A stretch of DNA of 64,000 bases from contig CM102286.1 in NCBI GenBank assembly GCA_046563655.1, positions 5,208,001-5,272,000 of the forward strand. The letters run 5' to 3'. Origin of the DNA: Yuukianura sp. NJ FZ-2021 (Eukaryota). The notes below the pieces were generated by a model. The model made no database searches, was not told the origin of the DNA, and saw nothing but the letters and a program-made list of their open reading frames with translations. Shown one piece after another: positions 51,203 to 62,500 of the stretch; position 1 is the stretch's first letter; each line of letters opens with the position of its first letter. The position numbers and the translations under genes were made by a program.

Positions 51203-52355
51203 AGCTTTCTTGGGGTAACCTAAAATACCCCTGGGGGAGGGGGATCTCAATTCGTAAGAGCCTGTGCGAGACAAACGTTCTCGGCGACGCCATTGAATTG
51301 ACGCTTCAATTAAAAAGAAGATTCCAGCGATATGGAGTAGAACGACACCTACGACTGCGCAGACATATGCCCAGGCCAAGTCATTAAACTGCCACTCTGG
51401 TGCCCACACGCGGCTTGCGCTAAGTGTCCCAAAGACTATGACGGCCACTGACCCGAGAAGACCTGGATTCAACAGCGATTGGCAAAATATCAATTTTGAA
51501 AAAAAAAAAAAATTTGAAAATTTTAAATTTACTGTTGATTACCCGCCATTTCGATGAGCATTCCAGTGACGATGAGGTAATGCACCAGTCCGGAATCTGC
51601 TTCCGAAAATTTTGCCAAGTATGCAATCACCATGAACAAGCAAATCATTGCAGTTACGAAGCAGAGGGCGTAGCTTATTTGAACAGGAACTAAAAACGCT
51701 GCAAAAATTCAAACATAAAATTCAGATTTGAACAGGAAGTAAAAACGCTGCAAAAACTAAAACATGAAATTCAGATTTGAACAGGAGTTGAAAACACTGC
51801 ATTCCAAACAGATTCAGATTTGAACAGGAGCTAAAAACACTGCAAAAATTCAAACAGAAAATTGGTTTAAAAAACTCTCTTTTTCAGGAAATGCAGATGC
51901 AGAAACTGCGCACGCAATTTCCGACCTATCAGAAAATTTGCTGTGACTTTTTTTGTCCTTTGTCAAACATCAAAGTTCGAAAACTTGTTGAAATTTTGCA
52001 TAAGTGACTTAATTACTTTCGAAACAGCTTTTTTCTTACCGGGCAGAATGAATTCGCGGATGTCGTTGTAAGTGACCGTGATCGGGTAGTAGATCCATCG
52101 ACATCCTTCATAGCCTCCGGTCAAGTAGGGGTCATAGTAGTACGGGTCATGGATCAACTTGTAGCAGCTCATCCATAAACCCAGTTTTTGAAATTTAGAT
52201 GAACTTGGCGCCTTGTCTTCATCCACAACCAGCCAATCAGGAGCCACCATTCCAATGAAAATGATGAGAAACGCCACCATGAAGATGACCGTGGCAATGT
52301 AGGCAACAATGGAACGACCTCCGCCGCATCCGGATGCATTTGAATGGCTATCCAT
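51200..52355 (-). CDS. Invertebrate claudin-family tetraspan protein (kune-kune/sinuous/pickel-like), 244 aa to the first stop
   Basis: Exons 52355-52040, 51698-51543, 51462-51200. Four hydrophobic segments, the claudin W...GLW-x2-C...C signature (PDWL...KLGLWMSC...EGCRW) and second-loop WAPEWQFNDLAWAY. Confidence 0.9.
51678..51863. repeat. Tandem 49-bp repeat (~4 copies) duplicating the claudin exon-2 splice acceptor
   Basis: Units start at 51678, 51727, 51776 and 51819 (TTTGAACAGGAx...CTGCAAAAATTCAAACA). Confidence 0.9.
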
Positions 52356-53201
52356 GCTAAGGTCAATGTGAACTTTTTATACAAAATTTAATAATGTGAA
52401 TTTTTGGATTTGCAGCACATTTAAACTATTTTTTGTAGCTACATGGTTTCCTTATGTGACTCGAGCAGCAACTACCTGCAGACTGAATGTAAGGTGATGA
52501 AAGTTAAAGTATGGGGATGTAAAAATTAAGATTTAAAGTTAAACCTACTCTTCAGCACTTTAGCTAACCCCCGATTCTGTTTTGACTTAAATGGAGGCGT
52601 CGTTAGGTGGAATAAGCACACAAAGCTAAGGCGGAGTCCTAAGAGGTGATGCATAACAATTCTAAACGCTAATTGTGTTTTGTTTAAGCTGTTGGATGAC
52701 CTGTGTTTCGAATGTGACTCATAACTTAATAGTCTCCAAATTATAGTCTGTTTATTGATTAGTCTTAAGTGATTGGATTCTTTCAGATTTTAATTACTTG
52801 AAGGCCAAGACTCATTAACTTTGGTTGTGTTTTATTTTTGTAACGCCGAAATCTGCATTTTAGGATGATGACAAATTTTTCAACTGCAAATTCAGTCCAA
52901 TTTTGCTTCAAATGATTTATTCTACTTATTTCGAAATTTTGAAACTCAACGTTTCCTTTTGAAGGAGTGACTCATTTGAGACGCGTAAAGTCACCCGCAT
53001 CTTTAAATATTTTTAGTTTCCAAAAAGTCCTTGGACGATGCTTACTTAACACTCCAATGTTGAAGTAAAAATTAAACTTAAAATATTCAACAGGTAATTC
53101 ATGACTCATGAGAAACCAGAGTCTTCATCACTAAAAATAGACGATTCAACGTTTTCTCGTCAAAACTCGATGTTTTACAATTCCAGTTACTAAAAAGTCA
53201 A

Positions 53202-53821
53202 TAGCTTGTTTCAAATAAAGCGATTATAATCGCTTTTCAGATTAATCTGCCAAGTCAGATTAATCTGAGGTGGTGCGCAGGCGCAGTGCGCCACTTTTTG
53301 GATTATAATCGGCCAAAAAAGAATCCACAAAAACCACGATTCTCTTGGATTAATCTGCTCCCTCCACCCGACCATCACCACCCACTGTTGTTATTTTTGA
53401 AATTTTCAATTCCCGCCCTTCCACATCAGCTGACAATCGGCCGAAAAAATCGAGTACACTCAAATTAATCGATTATAATCCAAGCCGGGTTAATCCGCGG
53501 AGGATTATAATCTTTTATTTGAAACAAGCTATTAATCTGCCAAGTCAGATTAATCTGAGGTGGTGCGCAGGCGCAGTGCGCCACTTTTTGGATTATAATC
53601 GGCCAAAAAAGAATCCACGAAAACCACGATTCTCTTGGATTAATCTGCTCCCTCCACCCGACCATCACCACCCACTGTTGTTATTTTTGAAATTTTCAAT
53701 TCCCGCCCTTGCACATCAGCTGACAATCGGCCGAAAAAATCGGATACACTCAAATTAATCGATTATAATCCAAGCCGGGTTAATCAGCGGAGGATTATAA
53801 TCTTTTATTTGAAACAAGCTA
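53202..53821. mobile_element. MITE-like element with internal 290-bp tandem duplication including the right TIR
   Basis: Left TIR TAGCTTGTTTCAAATAAA at 53202; right TIR TTTATTTGAAACAAGCTA ends at both 53531 and 53821. 53241-53530 is nearly identical to 53531-53820. Internal GATTATAATC/GATTAATC palindromes are present. The flanks AAAGTCAA and ATATTCAA may be a decayed 8-bp TSD. Confidence 0.8.
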
Positions 53822-55340
53822 ATATTCAAAATCAATCGCAGTAACACGCAAAATACAACAATAGACTCCGTATTGACAAACATCATTCGGAATAGACATT
53901 TGGGAACAAACAAAACCGCTTTCTAAAGTCGTTCAAGGATATCTTCGCACAAGCATTATTGTGAATTTTTATGAGCCGCTAGCAAATGACAGTTGAGGCG
54001 TTAGAATAGTAGTACTTTATGACTAGCGTCAATATTTTTAGCACTTTGCTCAGGAAATAGTTTAACGACTTACACCGTTAAGTCCTTGGAGGGTGAAAAA
54101 TATTGTTCCTTACCCTCCCCTTAACGACACAACCAATTTACACTTCAACTTTCCAACGCATCAAGCACTTCCCTTTAGTCTCTTTATGGAAATGAACAGT
54201 ACTTCATCCAAAATTGCGTAAATGTGCTTCATAACCATGTCAAAGTACTACACCTATTTGCTTTAGGTAAAAGGTGTGAAGATGCTAAGAACCCCCTCCG
54301 CACATTTGACAGTAACCGAAACAGAAACAGACTACGCATAAGTATTTTGAAGTATTTTTTTTTGGCAAATGTTGCAATAGCCAAAAATGTTACGAAAAAT
54401 TGTGGCTATTGTTAAACTGAGACTATAATAAAGCTAATTAATAAAATTATTTTAAATTCGTTCATTTACATTTTAGAAATGAATATCGTTGATTCACATG
54501 GACATAGTAGAATATAAAAATTGAAAATGAAATCGCTGGTAGCAGTGTTCTGTTTACCATTTTATTATGAACACAAAACGCTGGCAAAATAATAAGCATA
54601 GAACATTATAGGTGAATAACAATAAATAATTAATGTGCTCTTTAACTATCCCGATTAGTAGTAAAGTAAACGTAAATGGGTCAAAAGTGATTCAGACAGT
54701 CATACCGTGGTATACAAAATAAAGTTTTGAACACAAATAGAAATAAGCTTAAGATTAACTTCGACTTGGATTACATTACAAATATTTTTGAACTTTAAAG
54801 TTCAGGAATTTTGTAACAAGTTGAAGAATATTTAATTGTGGACCAGAAGACGAGGAGCATAAACGTTAAGGAGGAGAGACTGAAGTGAGGCTATGAATAA
54901 AGGAAGTCAAATTAAAATTGCAAAATATTCTTCTCTGTCATTTCCTGGGTGCATAACAATGACTTATTCGCATGTTCCTTTGCACACCCAAATTCGACTA
55001 ATGCATGTACAAAATTCCCACCGCTTAACCTGACTCCTAAAGCATGAACTCTACAAAGGAATTAGCGTCTTTAGTCCACAAATTCAACCGTCCCGTTGCC
55101 CCTATTATCGTTAGTCATCTTCATCACTAGTACGCTTCTCTCGATCACGAATAATCGTTTTGATAATGGGCGCCTTACTGGATACTCCCACTCGACTTGC
55201 AAGGATTTGCTTCCTCGGTTGTTTTATTTCACCAACAGGAACGTTAAAAAATGGCGCTTCCATCAATCTGTAGAAACATGAAATTGGGTTATCATGAAAT
55301 ATACGTAAAAAATCGCCAATTTGGCATGATATTTAGGTTC

Positions 55341-56290
55341 TTACAGTGAACTGCCATTTCCTGAATTTGGATTTAGAAAGTCATTGCCCATGTCCACTTC
55401 AACTAAGTCAATCGGGGCAATACGACCAGAATCAACCATCATTCCAATGTCGTCGTCGTCATCGTCCACTTCCATTCCGTCTTTGCCACTATCGTCCAGT
55501 ATCCTGTCGCCGTCATCTTGTCCTGAAGATGGAGTGACTTCCCAGTCGGGTGAAGTGAGATACAAATGAGACTCGTCGTAAATTCCGTAATCGGCAGTCA
55601 GTTTAGAAATATCTGCAACAAGAAAGGTAAAGCAAATGTTAAGTTCAAAACTATAATAAAAATGATAACAAACTCGGAAATGGTTAACTAACCAAGTTCT
55701 GTGAGGATCTCGCTAACTTCTGACAAATTGCTCATTTTGCTTGAACATTTCTCTTCGGTGATTCTAAGGTGCCAGTAGCCATTGACGTGATACTTGGTAG
55801 GATCTGACGGAGCCTTGATGATGTGTCGTATCTTGGAATTGTTTCTTTTTGCAAAAGCCATTTTGAATTTGAGTAAATTCGTCACGAGTTTTATGTGTTC
55901 TTGAGTTCCAGGGGAGTTGCTATTTGACGAATTGCATAAACGGTACAACTGTAGAATTTGCCCATGACAGGGAATACACAAGGCTACCGTTTTCACCCTT
56001 GCTTCGGATAGTTGCACAATTTTTTTATTCGCATTTCTTACGCACAAGATTTTGGCAAAATGGTTGAAGATTTTTGAGTACAATGTCATGGGGTAGTTGG
56101 TGGTGTCCATTGCAAGTTCCGGTGAGTCCTTTGTGTTGACAGTACATACGAAACAATTTATTTCCTTCGTAGTCGTAAGCTTCCGTACCAATTGTCGCGG
56201 TGGATTTGAAGTAGTGTTGCCAACTCTAGAATTCTCAACAGAATTGGATGGTGATGAATTAAACTTTTCAGGGGTACTCTTGGCCGTCAT
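55341..56290 (-). CDS. ZAD(zf-AD)-like C2-C2 domain protein with acidic C-terminal region; 3' end uncertain
   Basis: Exon ~56334/56290-55693 has CFVC...(~55 aa)...LCIPCHGQILQLYRLC, spliced in phase 1 to an Asp-rich exon at ~55612-55341. A further possible exon lies near 55268-55111. Confidence 0.6.
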
Positions 56291-57016
56291 TGTGATTGTC
56301 GTATCAAGCGTTTCCTGCTTCTGCGCTATCAACTGAAAACAAAGTTTCACAAACTTTGTCTTTTGCAAACGATTTAAAAGATAGTGGAACGTTTAAAATG
56401 AGCTCAACTGACATGAAATGCGTGCATTAAAAAGTAAACAAATTAAAATGGATTCCACAACTTTTCCTGAAGGTGAACTAAATTGAATTTCCCTCTCTTT
56501 TCCATCTACCTCTCTCGGCCGAGAGAGGGTGAAATTGTATTTCAGTTTTACAAATGGCAACCATTTACAAAAAAAAACAGTACGTATCATAAACGTCATT
56601 AATAAGTTGTAGTTTGACTCGTTTTCGATGAATCAATTAACTGCGGCTTTAAATTCTTAATTATTGATTAATTGAGATGTGAAAAGGAATTTTTTTTAAT
56701 TTTCATGGTGTTGTTCGCTCCCTAAACTCCATTCATATGGACATTGTGAAGTGCGGCAAATTGAAATTCTTGAATAATTTTAGTGGCGGGAATTTGTAAA
56801 TCCTTTCAAACTTCAAACAGGCAAAAAGTGTTTTCTTTCTGCTCTGCCGCCACTGCTGGCAAAAAACAAGAAACTGCAATGTGCCATGTGTTTTTTTTTG
56901 AAAACATGCAAACATAGAATTTAGCGTTGCACTACTGCCCTTTAGTACTTCGTTTGTAACTTCTGTTTTCAGTGAATTTGCATTAACTTTGACTTATTCT
57001 TTCAGTGTTGAAAAAG

Positions 57017-58073
57017 ATGTCGATGTTAGCAGAACCCCGTCGAAGACAACGAATCGGTCCAAATCCCAGAGGAAAGTTCTATGGAGAACAAGACAAGAAC
57101 TTTGGTAAATCATTACTGGAAAAAATGGGCTGGAAGAATGGGGATGGACTTGGGCTAGAGAGGCAAGGAATCACAGAAGCGATTCGTCCCAAGATACAAA
57201 TGTCGTCCAAAGGTATCCAACACATTTTAGACATTTTGAAAGGAATTTTGTGACATGCTGTTTGTGCCGGTATTTAAAAAGCTAGGTTTTTACCTAGGTC
57301 TTGGATACGATCCGAAAGAGAATCCATGGGTGGAGCACAACAGGGAATTTGAAGAAATTTTGAAAGGCTTACAGGCTGAAGGAACTCTAGATTCTACCGT
57401 TCAAATTCAAACTGAAAAGGGCGAAATTGAAGTTGATGACCAAACTCAAAAGTTGGAAAGAAAATCGAAGAAGTCACGCGCTCGTATTCAGTACGTACTA
57501 GATTGTGATCCCTATTTTTTATACAATTATTTCTAAGGGATTACTTAATAGAACTTAAGTATTTTATATTTCAGTTACCACAAACTTGTGAAAGGCAAAG
57601 ACCTAAGTCGGGCATCATCGGATGACATGAGGTCGATTTTGGGCACAACAAGCTTTCAAGAAACCGTTGATGTCAAAGAAGCGACCGTAGTCACAGTCGC
57701 AACGACTAGTGAATTCAAAGCTGAACCTGCAGAAGGAAATATCATCAATAAGGGTTCTATGGTAGATTATTTTCAGCGAAAAATGAAAGAAAAAGCATTG
57801 AAGATGGCGCCGATGGAGCCGGAACCAGTTCCAAAACAGGAAGTGAAAATAGAGCGTGCATATTCTGAACTTCTCGCAGAATCAGACGACACGGGAACTG
57901 GAAGTATACGTTACGAAGTGTCTGAACTAGAGGAGCAACTTAAATCTGAAATGGACAATTTGCAAAATGGGAAGAAGAGAACGAAGCAAAAGTATTTTTC
58001 ATCATTGTCTACAGTTAGCAAAAAATTTAAAGGGTCTAATATCCACAAACTCAAGGGATACACACTTTATTAA
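57017..58073 (+). CDS. PINX1: PIN2/TERF1-interacting telomerase inhibitor 1-like G-patch protein
   Basis: Exons 57017-57212, 57298-57490, 57575-58073. N-terminus MSMLAEPRRRQRIGPNPRG, G-patch FGKSLLEKMGWKNGDGLG...GLGY, and LERKSKKSRARIHYHKLVKGKDLSR. Confidence 0.9.
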
Positions 58074-58802
58074 AGTTTCAGCATTGTTTGTTCTATCATT
58101 TTTGAAATTCACCCGAAGATTAAAATTCATTGCGCTGTTAAATTCCATTGAATTTCTACGACATGTCGTAGAAGAGAAATTGAGGTTTGTAGCTTGTATC
58201 TAGTGGTGCTAGTGAGTGAATGGTAGGTAATCTACCTTAGTAATTAACATGTAATCATTCAATCATTAAGCGTCAACGTGTTTGATGTCACATGTAGGTG
58301 TAAAACACTTCGTCACCGGCACCTTCATCATGCTTTTTCCACCATGTTATCAGAACTTGATAGCCGATGATGAAGTGAGTGACTCATTCACACTTCTCCA
58401 GTTTGTAAGTTCCCTCCGTTTTCTTTGGAATGAATTCAAATTCAACTTTTTTTTCAAGGTTTCCTTCTTTTTCATCTTCTATTCCGAGAATTACAAAACT
58501 TTTTACTTTTGTTTATTTTTTAACTTAAAAGTAACTACTGTTAATTAACAGCTCCAATTAGTAGTCTTGCCTCTTGTGTCGTTGTTGGATTGTAAGCGGA
58601 CGTTCATAACCATAACGTATTACGTAAGTAGCGTGTTCAAGCCTAATTTATAATACCTAAGTGTAAGTCTAACGTAAAATGTCATTAAGCAAACTCACAC
58701 TCCGTTCAAACGTTTAACTCGGCGGTAAATTAGAACCGAATATCGAACTACAACTGTAACTGAACGGTATGTATATTTTTTCAACAGATTTGCCTACCAG
58801 AA

Positions 58803-59235
58803 ATGAGTCTGCGAAGCCTCTTCTCCATTATTTCTGCAAAATGGACCAAGTTGTATTTGAATTACTCAATGGTTACTGGTACGATTACTAACTACACGTC
58901 AGTTTTCAAATTCCGGTTCTAATTAGTACTATACTATTTCAGCGCTGTATATGATGGAGCCAGTTGAACGAGTTGTGATTAGTAAGTACAAAATGCTGCG
59001 AGCGGAATGCACACTTTGAGTGAATCATGGTAAACGATTATGACTGGTCACATGGACGTATTTTTTCATTCTAGATACCATTGTTTTGATTATGCTAACA
59101 ACAATGTTGTATTCATCATGGGTGTACTTGCCTCATTACACTCTGAAGACCTTGGCTTTTACGGGGATCATCTCGGGAGAAGGACTAATAGTTGACGACC
59201 CGGAATCGGAGGATACTAACACAATTTCAGATTAA
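58803..59235 (+). CDS. SPTSSA: Serine palmitoyltransferase small subunit (SPTssA/B family), ~91 aa
   Basis: Exons 58803-58878, 58943-58981 and 59075-59235 splice to MSLRSLFSIISAKWTKLYLNYSMVTALYMMEPVERVVINTIVLIMLTTMLYSSWVYLPHY..., matching the family motif Y-x3-TALYMLEPWER-x3-N...Y-x3-V-x2-P. Confidence 0.88.
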
Positions 59236-59540
59236 TTCCATTCCACACTGCATTTGCGCGACTTTTTAACTAACACTTAAATTATCAATAATGTATAAAA
59301 GAAAGAACCCCCAAACACCCGTATAATTACCATCAGTAGAAAAAAGAAACACTTAAAGTTGACGTGACAAGTTATTTAATGGAATTAATTGAACCCAAAT
59401 GCATTTACGAAATTAACTCCAATAAAGGGCGCAGCCCTCAGTTCGGTTCGCTGCAAAATTAGATTTGTGCACTATTTTTAGTTACTAAAGATAAGTGTTA
59501 TGGTACAAAGTGTTTTACTTTCTAGTTTTAATACGTTATG

Positions 59541-62500
59541 TTAATCGAGTGTGAAAATCCGCGCAGCGATATCGTTTGTTATCCAATCCATTCCTTCCAA
59601 TAAATTTTCACCAGTTACCGCGCTACACCATACGATCTGCCAGTGATGAGTTGTAATTTTATCCAGTTCAAGGGCCTGGAAATAAAAATTTGATAGGAAG
59701 TTAAATCAACCCCGAAATTCAACAACTTCTACACTAACAAAATATGGAACATTTTAACAGTTTTGTATTGCTTTACGTCTCTGATTTCTTGCGCAGCTAG
59801 TGCTCCAGGAAGGTCACACTTGTTTGCAAAGACGAGCAGTGACGCTCCACCAAGGCGCTGTAGTGTAAGAACGTAAACATGTCATTCGCTTCAGTGTTAG
59901 CGGTTTTAACTTTCATTTAGAGGTAATATCTCAATCATATTACACAGTTCTTTAACACAGTCCTCCTGTCCTCTGTGTGTGAGTGAAATGAGAGTTAACT
60001 CCTGGCTCTCTTATTCACTTTGTGTGAACAGGAGCAAAACATAAACAGTTAGCTCTCACTCAAGCACACGAGGAAAAGAAGCTATATGTCGTAGTAGTGT
60101 TCTTCTTATCCACTCTCCTCATTTACTCTCCCAATAGCGAATTTACCCTCCGTTGCGCGCATGACAATTTGGTACAAACAAGGGTTGAAATAAACTCAAT
60201 ATTGGATAATTGTACCCAACATTTGTTTTTGGCCCGTCTTTTTGTAAATTTAACTATTGGGTAATCGTTTTTTGTGCGTTTAGTCAGTCAAACTGGTACG
60301 TACGCAACAGTCTACAGGGCGTTCGAAAAATTTAGCGGGTCCCCGCCCCTATTCCCCCCCTCTCTTTTTGAAATTTCCGCTAAAATCTGGGAGTTGTGCC
60401 GAGTTATGCGCAACGAAGTCCAAAACTCCAATGTAATTCCCGAATTATCTGAAAAAATACAACAAACTGATTAATGCCTTCCCCCTGATGGGGGATCAGG
60501 CTAGGGCGGAAGGCGTTTAAAATAGTGCCTGATCCCCTGCGACTGATCGCGTAGTATCTGTTCATTTAAAATTAGAAACAGCTGGAAAATAATTGTAAGA
60601 CATATTAAACAAAAGTAGGCATAGCGAAGTACCGACCCCGTAAAAAATGAGTTACCTTTAGAAAATTTCAGGAAATAAGAAACAGTTTTATTTACATAAG
60701 ATGTTCGAAAATATTTCCGTTCTCCTGGAGGCAAAGTTGAATACGTTTAAGGAAGTTGGCCCTCACATTTTGCAACATCTCAGCAGTGACAGTATTAGTA
60801 TAAAAATTTTCTACCCTGGTCTTTAAGGCTAAGGGTGTGGCTGCAACTGGAGGCAGAAAAACGATGTGTCTCATGAAGCCCCAAGAGAAGTAGTCCATCG
60901 GATTGTAATCGGGACTTCTTGGTGGCCAGTGGATTGGACCTCCCCTTCCGATCCAACGCCCGGGAAAATTGAGATTTAACCAGTCCTATTGGATAAATTA
61001 AAATGGTTATGAGTTTAGTGTTAAAATAGTGTCAAAGTCCAACTAACCCGAGCAATTTTTGAAAAATGAGCCGGGGCCCCGTCGTGCTGGTACCATAAGT
61101 CATGCAGTTGGAGTCCTTGCTGAGCAGCAGCTACACGGATTTCAGGAATGGCATTGTTCAGAATATCCACATAATCTTGACCAGTCAAATTTCCGTCAAA
61201 GAAGTAGGGTCCGATCACGACGTCGCCAAGCAGTCCACACCAAATGTTCACTTTTGGGGCCCCTTGCATGCGAGTTCCAACGACCCAATTTGGATTTTCT
61301 TTGGAGAGATAACGAAAATTCTGCTTATTGAAAGTGTCGTTCAGGAAAATTGTGGCTTCGTCAGTCCAAAGAATCTTCCTCAGAAAGTTCGGGTCATTGT
61401 TAATCTGGGCAAGCATAGCATTCGCAAAAACGACACGACTAGCATGATCTTGTGGCAATAGTTTCTGCCCAACTTGCAGTTTGTATGATTTGTAGTTGTG
61501 AGCCTTTAGGACTTTGTGGACGCTGCTATGCGCAAACCCAGAATCCCGGCCAAGTTGTCGGTATGAGATGTGGGGGTTAACAGCGACAGCAGCCAGGAGC
61601 CCTGGGGCAGAATTCTCGTCTGAAACAGTCTTCCGTCTGCCAGTCCTTTTCCTATCCTTAACGTCCCCAGTTTGTCTGAACTTTGCCACTATCTTTGGAA
61701 TGTCGTCAGGCCGTGTCATGGGATGTGTTAATGCAACAGGATCCGCATTATAGCGCTCCATGACGTAAACCAGGCTCCGGTCCCTGTGCTCTAGCCTAAG
61801 TTCAACAATTCGGGTCCGCTGCTCGTGTGTGTAGGGAACTCGTTGTTTATTCATTCTGGACCAAAGAAGTTTAAAAAAAATTCAAATTCAGGTACTTTAA
61901 AACAGAAATCTCATTATACCCCATATTAAGTCAAATTCAGGTACTTTAAATCAGAAATCTCATTATGCCCCATATTAAGTCAAATTCAGGTACATTAAAT
62001 CAGAAATCTCATTATACCCCATATTAAGTCAAATTCAGGTACTTTAAATCAGAAATCTCATTATACCCCATAATAAGTCAAATTCAGGTACTTTAAAACA
62101 GAAATCTCATTATACCCCATAGTAAGTCAAATTCAGGTACTTTAAATCAGAAATCTCATTATGCCCCATATTAAGTCAAATTCAGGTACATTAAATCAGA
62201 AATCTCATTATACTCCCGTACGAAGACAAAGTCGCACAACACCCCACTAATATGACAGACAGACGGACAGACCGACAAAACGAACACAAGCATGATCAGT
62301 TTACCTAACCTAACGATTCTTCTTTGTCAATCATGAAACCGAAATCCGGAAATCGCCGAAGAACATCATCATACCACCATTAAACTACTTTTCAATAACA
62401 AAACGATCTTAAAATAATTCTGACCTCTTCAGTTGACCTTTCCTTTCAGTTTCTCCGTTCAGGTTACCCTGTTCCTTCTCCTTGACGGGAATTCAGTTGA

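Noticed and set aside
61883..62217. CRISPR-like appearance of the regular repeats, and same 49-bp period as the claudin intron repeat
   Set aside because: The units are contiguous with no unique spacers, the context is eukaryotic with no cas genes, and the two 49-bp units are unrelated in sequence.
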